Source of the DNA: Hormoscilla sp.
GTDB lineage: Bacteria; Cyanobacteriota; Cyanobacteriia; Cyanobacteriales; Desertifilaceae
Reading direction: 5' to 3'
NCBI GenBank assembly: GCA_051439505.1
Contig: JBFRWI010000066.1
Location: forward strand, 1-18,262
DNA: 18,262 nucleotides
The translations under genes were made by a program, and so were the position numbers. The notes below the pieces were generated by a model. It saw nothing but the letters and a program-made list of their open reading frames with translations, had not been told where the DNA came from and did no database searches. Position 1 is the stretch's first letter; the number at the start of each line of letters is the position of its first letter. This document shows positions 8,261 through 16,453 of the stretch, one piece after another.

Positions 8261-8472
8261 TATTCGTTCTCTTTTGGATTCCAAAATTGCAGTGTAAATA
8301 TCAGCATAGCAACAGTCAGGACAATTTGCAAGCCGACCAAATATAAGAACCAGGCGGGCAGATTTAAGAATGACAAAGAAATGCCTTGTCTGCCAGACCA
8401 GGAATTAAGGGACAGAAGCACTATCACTGTAAAGCCGAAAAACCAGAATGATGAGGATTGAAAAATTTTCAT
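8260..8472 (-). CDS. Small two-TM membrane protein (DUF3311-like symporter accessory subunit)
   Basis: 70 aa with two hydrophobic helices and FLNLPAWFLY. Translationally coupled to the SSS gene, a usual arrangement. Alternative ATG at 8505. Confidence 0.72.
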   Translation of the reverse strand: MKIFQSSSFWFFGFTVIVLLSLNSWSGRQGISLSFLNLPAWFLYLVGLQIVLTVAMLIFTLQFWNPKENE

Positions 8473-8537
8473 AAGCTGTCGTCCATTTAAATTGCATGGG
8501 TCCATCCGCCGAGATCCTTGTTCTCAGGGACTTTCCC

Positions 8538-8570
8538 AATTTTTAATTTTTAATTTTTAATTTTGAATTG
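8538..8570. repeat. Heptamer short tandem repeat (STRR-type)
   Basis: (AATTTTT)x3 AATTTTG AATTG. Confidence 0.85.
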
Positions 8571-8592
8571 TTTAGTGATATCCAAGAGAGGT

Positions 8593-8613
8593 GGTGGGCG
8601 GTGCCCACCCTAC
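8593..8613 (-). repeat. GTAG-tagged REP hairpin just after the GGDEF/EAL stop
   Basis: Minus strand reads GTAG-GGTGGGC-ACC-GCCCACC. Confidence 0.75.
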
Positions 8614-8616
8614 ATA

Positions 8617-10968
8617 TTACCATTGAGGCATTTTGGCAAGCAACTTGCTAGCAGCTATGCTATCGGTAGGCTTAGAAAAGAAATAGCCCTGCCCATATTC
8701 ACAATTTAATTCTTTCAGTTGACTTAACTGTTGTGCTACTTCCACTCCCTCGGCAACAATATCCATGCCTAAATTGTGGGCCAGAGACACGATCGTCCGC
8801 ACGATCTCGGCGTTCTCCCGATCGAGGTGCATGGGACTGACAAAGGACTTGTCAATCTTTAAGGTATGTACTGGTAATTTGTGCAGACGACTCAGAGAAG
8901 AGTACCCCGTACCAAAGTCATCAATACTCAGCCCTATTCCCAAGGATTTTATCTTTTCCAAGGTGACCAGTACCAATTCATCATTTTCCATAATCGCGCT
9001 TTCAGTGATTTCCAGCTTCAGACTGTGCCGATCGCACTTAGTCTGGCACAATATCCGATCCAACCGCCAGATCAAATCCGGTTGAGAAAGCTGCTTCGTA
9101 GAAAGATTGACACTCATAGTTAACGGTGTCGAAAAGCGCTGTTGCCAATGGGCCAACTGCGTACAAGCTTCTCGCAATACCCACCAACCCAAAGGAATAA
9201 TTAACCCAGTCTCCTCTGCTACAGGGATAAACTGGAATGGAGAAATTAGACCCCGACTGGGATGCTGCCAGCGTACTAGGGCCTCGAAACCTGTAATTTT
9301 GCCCGTCTGGAGTGAGATAATGGGCTGATAATGAAGTAATAATTGCTGCTGCTCAATTGCCTGTCGTAAGTCGTTCTCCAGGCGCAGGCGCGAGACACAG
9401 ACATCGTACATCTTTTGGTCGAACACCACCGCTTTTGCCCCACCCTCTGCCTTGGCACGATACATGGCAATATCGGCATTCCGCAGCAACTCTTGTGACA
9501 GATCTGAGTACATCTTTCCGGATAAATCAAGATTCCATCCCGATCGATCCATCCCCTCCGAGACCCCCAGAACTATACCAATGCTAGCAGTAGTGAATAC
9601 TTCCTGTCCGTCAATCCGCAGGGGAACGCTCAATTCCCTTTGGATTAATTCTGCTACCTCGATCGCCATCTCTTTATCGGCATTTTCTAGCAGGATAGCA
9701 AACTCATCTCCTCCTACTCTGGCCACCAGATCTTCTGGGTTGAGATAGAAACTCAAACGCTTGGCAATGGCTTGTAGCAGTTGGTCCCCTGCCAAATGTC
9801 CCAGACTGTCATTAATCAGCTTGAAGCGATCCAGGTCTAAAAACAGCAGCGCCAACTGATATCCTGGTTCTTGTTGGAGTCGCGTCGCTGCTGCCCACAG
9901 CTGTTTCCTCAACAATTCTCGGTTGGCTAACCCTGTCAGTCCATCGTGAAACGCTTGATAATATAATTGCTCCTCGGCCTTCTTGCGATCGGTTATGTCC
10001 CGCTGAATGGCCAGATAGTGAGTCACCTCTCCTTTACTATCGTAAATTGGCTCTATGTGCCAGCCGTTGTAAAATGCCGTTCCATCTTTACGGTAGTTGA
10101 TCGCTTCTCCATAGAACACTCGTCCTGCTGATAAATCTTGCCGCAGTCGATCCAACACTTTCGGGTCCGTGTCTCGACCTTGCAGCATCCGGGGCGTCTT
10201 CCCGATCGCATCTTCTGCACTATAGCCCGTCATCCGGGTGAAGGCGGGATTTACGAACACAATTTCGGGACCGGGTGACTTGAGATTAGTGTTAGTAATC
10301 AGGATCGAATCTTGAGCATTGTGAACTGCTGATGCCAACAGTCGCAGTTCTTCTTGAGAACGGTGCTGTTCGATCGCCTGGGAAAGAATCTTCGCGATCG
10401 CCTCCAGGAATTGTACGTCATAATCGGTAAACTTTTGCCTTTGGCGGCTGCAAGCTAATAATACACCAAAAGGCAGTTGCTGTTCCGTCCTGGGAATCAC
10501 CACCCCCGCACAGCTGACTAACCCTCGCGCGAGCAATTCTTCAGATCCTGCACCTTGTATCTGCCACAAGTCTTCTATCACTACAGACTTGCTCAACTGG
10601 AGAATATAGTCAGCCATCTGAGCTTCTCCAGAGGCAAAAGGTAACAAGCAAGAATCATATTCTTTCTCTGTAGCAGTTTTTCTCTCCCTTCCTACTATAA
10701 TTGGATATTTTTGGCCTACACTGGTACGCACTTCCCACAGCTGTGAGTCTCGTTCTAGCACCTTCACCAAAGATACCTTGAGCGTCTCCATCACCATATC
10801 TGCCGCTTCCGACAGCAGCGTTGCCAGGGGTATTCTACTCAAGGCCCGCCCTGATAGCTGTGCGATCGCCGTCTGTCTTGCCAGTTGCCCAAGCAGAGCC
10901 CTTTCCTCCGACTGTAGTAGGTCCGGACAGCTCGATATCCGTCTTTCTCTCTCGATCGTCCCTTGCAT
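8617..10968 (-). CDS. GAF-PAS-GGDEF-EAL diguanylate cyclase/phosphodiesterase
   Basis: HDGLTGLANR, DLDRFKLINDSLGH, GGDEF, FEALVRW, DDFGTGYSSL and VAEGVE. Upstream PAS (VNPAFTRMTGYS...NYRKDG...RDITDRK) and GAF domains. Confidence 0.95.
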   Translation of the reverse strand: MQGTIERERRISSCPDLLQSEERALLGQLARQTAIAQLSGRALSRIPLATLLSEAADMVMETLKVSLVKVLERDSQLWEVRTSVGQKYPIIVGRERKTATEKEYDSCLLPFASGEAQMADYILQLSKSVVIEDLWQIQGAGSEELLARGLVSCAGVVIPRTEQQLPFGVLLACSRQRQKFTDYDVQFLEAIAKILSQAIEQHRSQEELRLLASAVHNAQDSILITNTNLKSPGPEIVFVNPAFTRMTGYSAEDAIGKTPRMLQGRDTDPKVLDRLRQDLSAGRVFYGEAINYRKDGTAFYNGWHIEPIYDSKGEVTHYLAIQRDITDRKKAEEQLYYQAFHDGLTGLANRELLRKQLWAAATRLQQEPGYQLALLFLDLDRFKLINDSLGHLAGDQLLQAIAKRLSFYLNPEDLVARVGGDEFAILLENADKEMAIEVAELIQRELSVPLRIDGQEVFTTASIGIVLGVSEGMDRSGWNLDLSGKMYSDLSQELLRNADIAMYRAKAEGGAKAVVFDQKMYDVCVSRLRLENDLRQAIEQQQLLLHYQPIISLQTGKITGFEALVRWQHPSRGLISPFQFIPVAEETGLIIPLGWWVLREACTQLAHWQQRFSTPLTMSVNLSTKQLSQPDLIWRLDRILCQTKCDRHSLKLEITESAIMENDELVLVTLEKIKSLGIGLSIDDFGTGYSSLSRLHKLPVHTLKIDKSFVSPMHLDRENAEIVRTIVSLAHNLGMDIVAEGVEVAQQLSQLKELNCEYGQGYFFSKPTDSIAASKLLAKMPQW

Positions 10969-11181
10969 ATTTCCTCTCTTTTGTCTAAGTCTTCTGCTCT
11001 TTGACTGGCTCTGTGCCTACTAGAAATCTTAAGATAATCTAAAGACTATGTTACTAAATGTAAAGCTACATGGCAAGCATCTGCTCATCTGGGCAGTGGC
11101 TGAGAGCGCTGTTAGGGACTTGCGGTTTAATAATGTACCATGCAGTGCAGCTCCTACAAACGTTTAACTTGCATATTTTAA

Positions 11182-11981
11182 CGTTGGTTTGGCCCTTCTT
11201 CACGTTCATTTAACCCAACTCGACGTTGGTTTTACCCTTCTTCCCGTTCGTCTAACCCAACTCGACGTTGGGTTTTACCCTTCTTCCCGTTCATCTAACT
11301 CAACTCGACGTTGGTTTTGGCCTTCTTCCCGTTCATCTAACCCAACTCGACGTTGGTTTGGCTCAAATAAACGTTCGTATAACCCAACTCAACGTTGGTT
11401 TGGCTCAAATAAACGTTCGTATAACCCAAATAGACGTTGGTTTTACCTTTCTTCCCGTTTGTCTAACCCAACTCGACGTTAGTTTTACCCTTCTTCCCGT
11501 TCGTCTAACCCAACTCGACGTTGGTTTGGCCTTTCTTCACGTTCATCTAACCCAACCCGACGTTAGTTTGGCCCTTCTTCCCGTTCGTATAACCCAACTC
11601 GACGTTGGTTTGGCCCTTCTTCACGTTCATCTAACCCAACGCGACGTTGGTTTGGCCCTTCTTCCCGTTCGTCTAACCCAACCCGAGGTTAGTTTGGCCC
11701 TTCTTCACGTTCATCTAACCCAACTCGACGTTGGTTTGGCTCAAATAAACGTTCGTCTAACCCAACTCGACGTTGGTTTTACCCTTCTTCCCGTTCATCT
11801 AACCCAACTAGACGTTAGTTTGGCCCTTCTTCCCGTTCGTATAACCCAACTAGACGTTGGTTTTTGCCCTCCTTCCCGTTCGTATAACTCCGAAAAATGC
11901 AAGTTAAGTCCAAATAAACGCTCGTCGAACCCAGATAAATGCAAGTTAAGTCCAAATAAACACTCGTCGAACCCAGATAAA
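11182..11981. repeat. Tandem array of 38 x 21-bp units alternating A/B (19 x 42-bp dimers)
   Basis: A = CGTTGGTTTGGCCCTTCTTC(C/A) and B = CGTTC(A/G)TCTAACCCAACTCGA. 17 A/B pairs, then 4 diverged units from 11898. Two units are 22 bp (11266, 11855). Confidence 0.95.
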
Positions 11982-12196
11982 CGCTCTCAACGACTCGGTG
12001 TGGTGGGTCACAAATCCTGTAAAGGATGCATTAACACTACTTGTGACCTACGCGAGCGTGATTATACCTCATCGCAAACCGTCGATTCTGGCATAAATGC
12101 TACGAAGTCTACTGTATAACTGGTACTCTATTTCGGCGCTCGTCCCTTAGTAGTGCTAAGATCCCAAGTTAACTGGCACCTTAATAAAATCGAGTC

Positions 12197-12565
12197 GTGA
12201 ATTCAATAACTCAACAGGAACAGGATATTTCTCCAAGCAGCAGCAAGGCACCACATCCCAAAGCTGATGCGCGACATTCTGTATTGGTTTGCCAGTACCG
12301 GTCTTGTCAGAAAAACGGTTCGGCAGCAGTGCTGGCAGAGTTTAAGTCTTTGGCAACAGAGGGAGTGGACGTGACTGGGAGTGACTGCCAGGGACAATGT
12401 AGCACTGGTCCAACGGTGCGGGTGCTGTCAGATCAAACCTGGTATTGCCGAGTTCAGCCCCAAGACGTGCCCGAGGTGATAGAACAACATTTGGTCAATG
12501 GTAAACCCGTAGCCAGACTGCTGCATCCGCGATTTCATCCCTATGCTCAGTATTACAATCCTTAG
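12197..12565 (+). CDS. Thioredoxin-like [2Fe-2S] ferredoxin
   Basis: VLVCQYRSC...[13 protein letters not shown]...WY...HLVNG (Cx4C...Cx3C). GTG start. Confidence 0.9.
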   Translation: MNSITQQEQDISPSSSKAPHPKADARHSVLVCQYRSCQKNGSAAVLAEFKSLATEGVDVTGSDCQGQCSTGPTVRVLSDQTWYCRVQPQDVPEVIEQHLVNGKPVARLLHPRFHPYAQYYNP

Positions 12566-13392
12566 AGGACAAACTGGAGCAGCATGGAGGCGATCGATCC
12601 TACAGCATTCATAAAGCGCTGGCGTTTAGCGGCGCGGCGACTTTCTGCGATCGCCTCTTCGGTGATTTTGACAAACTCCTGGGAAATTTCATAGCCCTGG
12701 GAGTTCTGTTGGAGTTCAAATAGTTCGCTAGCTTTCTGCCAATCTGCTATGGCCCTGGGGGCATCTCCTAACTGGAGGTGACTGAGGCCGCGACCTAGGT
12801 AAGCTGGGGCAAATTCGGGATTGAGGGCTAATGCTTGTTCGTAATTGGCGATCGCGCCTCTATGGTCTCCCAGTTGCACGTCGGCTATAGCCAAATGATA
12901 ATGGTCTTCAGGCTGGAGGATACCCCTGGGAAGGGCAACGGTGCCGCGCAAATTCGCCCCCTCTAAAACAGCATCCTGTAAAATTGCATTTCCCAGAAAG
13001 GCATGACCCAGGTTAGCACCTGCGAGGTTAGCAGCTGTCAAATTAGCATTAGCCAGGTTAGCGCGACTGAGGTTGGCACCCATGAGGTTGGCACCCGACA
13101 GGTCAGCACCGCTGAGGTTGGCGTCAAAGAGAACCGCACTCGACAGGTCGGCACCCCTGAGGTTAGCACGACTGAGATTTGCCCGATCCAGATTAGCACC
13201 CGACAGGTCAGCACCAGCCAGATCGGCTTTCCGCAAATTAGCCAAGTACAAACCCGCATTAGATAGATCGCATCCGGGACAGGTTTTTGTCCCTAGTAGC
13301 TGGGTGAGTTCTTGCAGATTTTCGGCAGCCACGGGGGCTGATAAGGCCATACCGGTCAACAATGTCGCCGCTGCTATAATTTTCCTGTTCAT
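12562..13392 (-). CDS. Exported pentapeptide-repeat protein with C-terminal TPRs
   Basis: Signal peptide, CPGCDL cap, many A(D/N)LxG pentapeptides, then TPRs ([23 protein letters not shown]). Stop overlaps the ferredoxin stop by 4 nt. Confidence 0.93.
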   Translation of the reverse strand: MNRKIIAAATLLTGMALSAPVAAENLQELTQLLGTKTCPGCDLSNAGLYLANLRKADLAGADLSGANLDRANLSRANLRGADLSSAVLFDANLSGADLSGANLMGANLSRANLANANLTAANLAGANLGHAFLGNAILQDAVLEGANLRGTVALPRGILQPEDHYHLAIADVQLGDHRGAIANYEQALALNPEFAPAYLGRGLSHLQLGDAPRAIADWQKASELFELQQNSQGYEISQEFVKITEEAIAESRRAAKRQRFMNAVGSIASMLLQFVL

Positions 13393-13474
13393 GAATTATA
13401 TACGCGCTTTGTTGGACTCTGCTAATATCTTGCACTATTTTGACCAACAGTAGTGAGCCTTACCCTAGCAGTAT

Positions 13475-14275
13475 TTAATTTCCCAGCACCATCACCAAAC
13501 CTATGCCGCCAAAATAGAGACCCAGGACCGCACTTGCGAGTAAACTTTGAGTTACCGGATCGGTTGAAGGAGTGAGAATAGCACCCAAAATGACTGCACC
13601 GAGGACAACATAACGCCAACCAGAGAGCATTTGTTTGGAAGAGACAATGCCCAGCAAACCCAGCAGCGCTTGAATGACAGGAATTTGAAAGGCCAAACCC
13701 GTGCTGAACATCAGCAGCAGGACAAATTCAAAATAGCGGTCGATCGACCATAACTGTTCTACCACACCGGAGCCATAGTTAATGAAAAAATTCAGAGCCG
13801 CAGGCAGAAGTACCAAGTAAGAAAATACCAGTCCCGCGACAAACAGCAGGCTAGACCCCAATACCACCGGTCCAATCAATCGGCTTTCCCGGCGAGTTAG
13901 TCCGGGCAAGACAAACATGATAATTTGGTAGAGGATAAAGGGGCTCGCTACCAAGAGGCCGCTGTAACCTGCCACCTTCAGAGAAACAAAGAAATATTCT
14001 CCCGGGGCCAACTGAAGGAATTTTACACCTTGGGCAGGAATTTCGAGCAACCCGACGATCGGTTTTACCGCCGCGAAGCAGCCGATTACCGCGAGGATAA
14101 CAGCAATTAAAGCATAAAAAATCCGCTGGCGCAACTCCTCCAAATGGTCAAACAAAGACATTTCCACATCATTGGGGAGTTCGTCAAGATATTCATCTTC
14201 AATCTCAGGGTTAGTAGTCGATTCTGCGTTACTATTTCGATCGGGGGTAGTTGCAGTTTTCATTTCAGGGGTCAT
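13475..14275 (-). CDS. tatC: Twin-arginine translocase subunit TatC
   Basis: [29 protein letters not shown] and LTPSTDP motifs. MTP start at 14275 is preferred; alternative ATG at 14314. Confidence 0.97.
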   Translation of the reverse strand: MTPEMKTATTPDRNSNAESTTNPEIEDEYLDELPNDVEMSLFDHLEELRQRIFYALIAVILAVIGCFAAVKPIVGLLEIPAQGVKFLQLAPGEYFFVSLKVAGYSGLLVASPFILYQIIMFVLPGLTRRESRLIGPVVLGSSLLFVAGLVFSYLVLLPAALNFFINYGSGVVEQLWSIDRYFEFVLLLMFSTGLAFQIPVIQALLGLLGIVSSKQMLSGWRYVVLGAVILGAILTPSTDPVTQSLLASAVLGLYFGGIGLVMVLGN

Positions 14276-14362
14276 CAGCTCTGCTATAGTAGTTATCTCC
14301 AGATTTTTTACCATTATATATCATTTATATCAATTCGTTAAACTTTATTTAACCTCTCAAAC

Positions 14363-16237
14363 TTACAGGGGCAACTTGATGGTAAAGCAGGTCTTACCCT
14401 CTCCACTTTCGGTCTCGATCGCCCCTCCCAACTGACTAACTCGTTTTTGTACTAAAGCTAACCCTAACCCGGTGCCTCCCTGCTTCCAGGGATCGGTGCT
14501 GGGAACCCGATGGAACTTCTCAAAAATTTTCGGCAGTTCATTAGCGGGAATTACTACCCCATAATTAGTCAGGCTCAGAATAATTTTATCCTGCTGACTG
14601 CCTGTAGAAAGTATAATGCGTTCTCCTGGTGGAGTATATTTGCAAGCATTATTGAGCAACTCACGTATTACCCCTTCCAGAATTCCCCGATCGGACATCA
14701 CAGGTGGCAGTTGGGAGTCTATATCTACCTCTAGGACTTGTTGGCGACCTTGAGCCCGATCGATAAACGGTTTTACCAGAGTCCGAAGCCAGGACTGTAA
14801 TTCTATGGTTTCCGACAGGATCGGTTCTGATTGATTTTCCAGTCGCTGTAAATCTAGCAGATCGTTAATCAAATTAATTTCTCGTTTACATTCATCTTGG
14901 ATAATCTTCCAATAGTGAGCCACCTTATTCTGCTTTCTGTCTGGATCTTTCAAACCTGGTTCCGGCAAAACTCCGGCCTGACGCAGACCGATCGTCAACA
15001 TCTTCATCGCCATTTTCATGTTCGTCATCGGCGTCCGTAATTCATGTTGCACCGTACTGACGAACTCATCCTTGAGGCGACTAAGCTTTTGCAGTTCTTC
15101 TACCTGTCTTTGGGCCGCTTGGTAGAGTCTCGCTTGGCGGAGGGCGATCGCGCATTGATTTGCCACCTGCTGCACCAAGCGAATCTGTAACTCCCCAAAT
15201 ACATAATCTGCATGATTGATCAGCCACAGATCGCCCAAAACTCCTTGGTCGTCAAAAATCGGGCAAGCTAGCATGGCCACCCTACCCCTGTCTGGGTTAG
15301 GAAGCAAAGAACAAAACTGAAAATACTGACCCAGCAACAGCTGTTGCTGGTAAATTTCCGGGAATTTATTGAGCGCAGCAACTCGCCCTACCCGCTCTTG
15401 ATTAACCATCGGACCTTTACTGTAGGCCGCGCTGATAATGGATGTTCCTTTTTCCAGGTCGTACAGAGCTGCATTACAACCTCGGATGCCCAGAATTTCC
15501 GTTACTTCTCGCACCGCTGTTTGCCAAATCTGGGTTTCATCCAGACTATCCCGGACTTTATCCGTGATCCGTTTGAGCATCGCCTCAAAGTCCAATGCCT
15601 GTTCCAATTGGGCCGTGCGTTCTCGTACCTGGTTTTCTAGAGCGCTATTCAGATTTTGAACCTGTTGGTAAAGTTCCGATTGCTGAATGGCGATCGCCGC
15701 CTGTGTTGCCAATTGTTCCAGGGCATCCATTTCCAAAGGCTGCCATTTTCTCGGACCATTGCACTGATGTACCATTAACAATCCCCACAATGTTAAGCCC
15801 ACCCGCAGGGGTACGCCCACCTTTGCCACTACCTGTAAAGATGAGAGTAACTCTATTTGGGCTCCTTCCAAGCCGGCTTTATATATATCATCGATCGCTT
15901 GAATTTTCCCTTCCTGGTATTCCTGTACCTCTGCTGGCGGTATTAATCTGGAATCCACCTGCAATCCTAACATACTTTTCCTACCCTTTGCGCAGGCTGA
16001 CACTATCACCTCAAACTCACTTTTTTTCTGATTCGCTCTGTATATAATCACTCTATCCGCCTTCAGAAACTCCCGGACTTCCTTAGCTGTTATGCTGAGA
16101 ATTCCTGACAATTTTTCCATTCGTCTGATGCGTTCCTGCATCATCGACAGCAACATCTTTTGTTTGAAAAGCTCCTGAAGAGTTATTTCCGCTTGTTTGC
16201 GTGCCTTTATATCATTCATTACCAGCATTACACCCAC
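14363..16237 (-). CDS. GAF-GAF-HisKA-HATPase sensor histidine kinase with an eroded N-terminal PAS
   Basis: HELRTP H-box, ELLNNACKYT N-box and GGTGLGL. Two GAF domains. The ORF begins in a PAC tail (NDIKARKQAE), so the start is uncertain. Confidence 0.9.
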   Translation of the reverse strand: MGVMLVMNDIKARKQAEITLQELFKQKMLLSMMQERIRRMEKLSGILSITAKEVREFLKADRVIIYRANQKKSEFEVIVSACAKGRKSMLGLQVDSRLIPPAEVQEYQEGKIQAIDDIYKAGLEGAQIELLSSLQVVAKVGVPLRVGLTLWGLLMVHQCNGPRKWQPLEMDALEQLATQAAIAIQQSELYQQVQNLNSALENQVRERTAQLEQALDFEAMLKRITDKVRDSLDETQIWQTAVREVTEILGIRGCNAALYDLEKGTSIISAAYSKGPMVNQERVGRVAALNKFPEIYQQQLLLGQYFQFCSLLPNPDRGRVAMLACPIFDDQGVLGDLWLINHADYVFGELQIRLVQQVANQCAIALRQARLYQAAQRQVEELQKLSRLKDEFVSTVQHELRTPMTNMKMAMKMLTIGLRQAGVLPEPGLKDPDRKQNKVAHYWKIIQDECKREINLINDLLDLQRLENQSEPILSETIELQSWLRTLVKPFIDRAQGRQQVLEVDIDSQLPPVMSDRGILEGVIRELLNNACKYTPPGERIILSTGSQQDKIILSLTNYGVVIPANELPKIFEKFHRVPSTDPWKQGGTGLGLALVQKRVSQLGGAIETESGEGKTCFTIKLPL

Positions 16238-16382
16238 TACGAACGCCTTTTTTATTCCGGATATTTCCCGTCAATATATTAACATCAACTGTCTCCCGGT
16301 TTTTCCCTGGACAAGCTATTTGCCCTACTCGATCGATATCCCCTAGCAATTTCCGATCTCAAGTTCATCCTCCACATACGTT

Positions 16383-16415
16383 CGATGATGCCTTATATTC
16401 CATAAAGCATCATCG
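16383..16415 (-). terminator. Stem-loop downstream of the slt gene
   Basis: Minus-strand 14-bp stem CGATGATGCTTTAT/ATAAGGCATCATCG (one G-U), about 38 nt after the stop. No U-tract on the minus strand. Confidence 0.4.
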
Positions 16416-16453
16416 CTTTCTTTTCAGCAACTCGGGAGCAAGTCACCGCCGTT

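Noticed and set aside
8473..8616. Riboswitch upstream of the symporter operon
   Set aside because: The region is explained by a heptamer tract and a REP, and no aptamer consensus was recognised.
11288..11350. glnA (glutamine) riboswitch, suggested by CGTTCATC/CGTTGG starts
   Set aside because: The GGAAGTA and GAAGGAACG core elements are absent.
11182..11981. CRISPR array
   Set aside because: There are no unique spacers: both alternating units are repeats, the 42-bp period is too short, and no cas genes are in the window.
12003..12051. c-di-GMP-I riboswitch near the GGDEF/EAL gene
   Set aside because: It has a GNRA hairpin but lacks the GACGCAAA junction and the receptor-bearing P3 stem.
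11189..12119. ORFs 11189..11482 and 11268..12119 as real genes
   Set aside because: Both have TTG starts inside repeat units and switch repeat register at the 1-bp insertions. Openness is explained by stop-free repeat units.
13003..13453. Repetitive ORFs 13003..13266, 13038..13259 and 13073..13453
   Set aside because: They are shadow frames of the 15-bp periodic pentapeptide-coding sequence.
16247..16253. A-AAA-AAG programmed -1 frameshift site in front of the kinase
   Set aside because: The AAA-AAG codons are already in the downstream frame. Joining the PAC remnant needs a +1 shift, so -1 frameshifting would not restore it.
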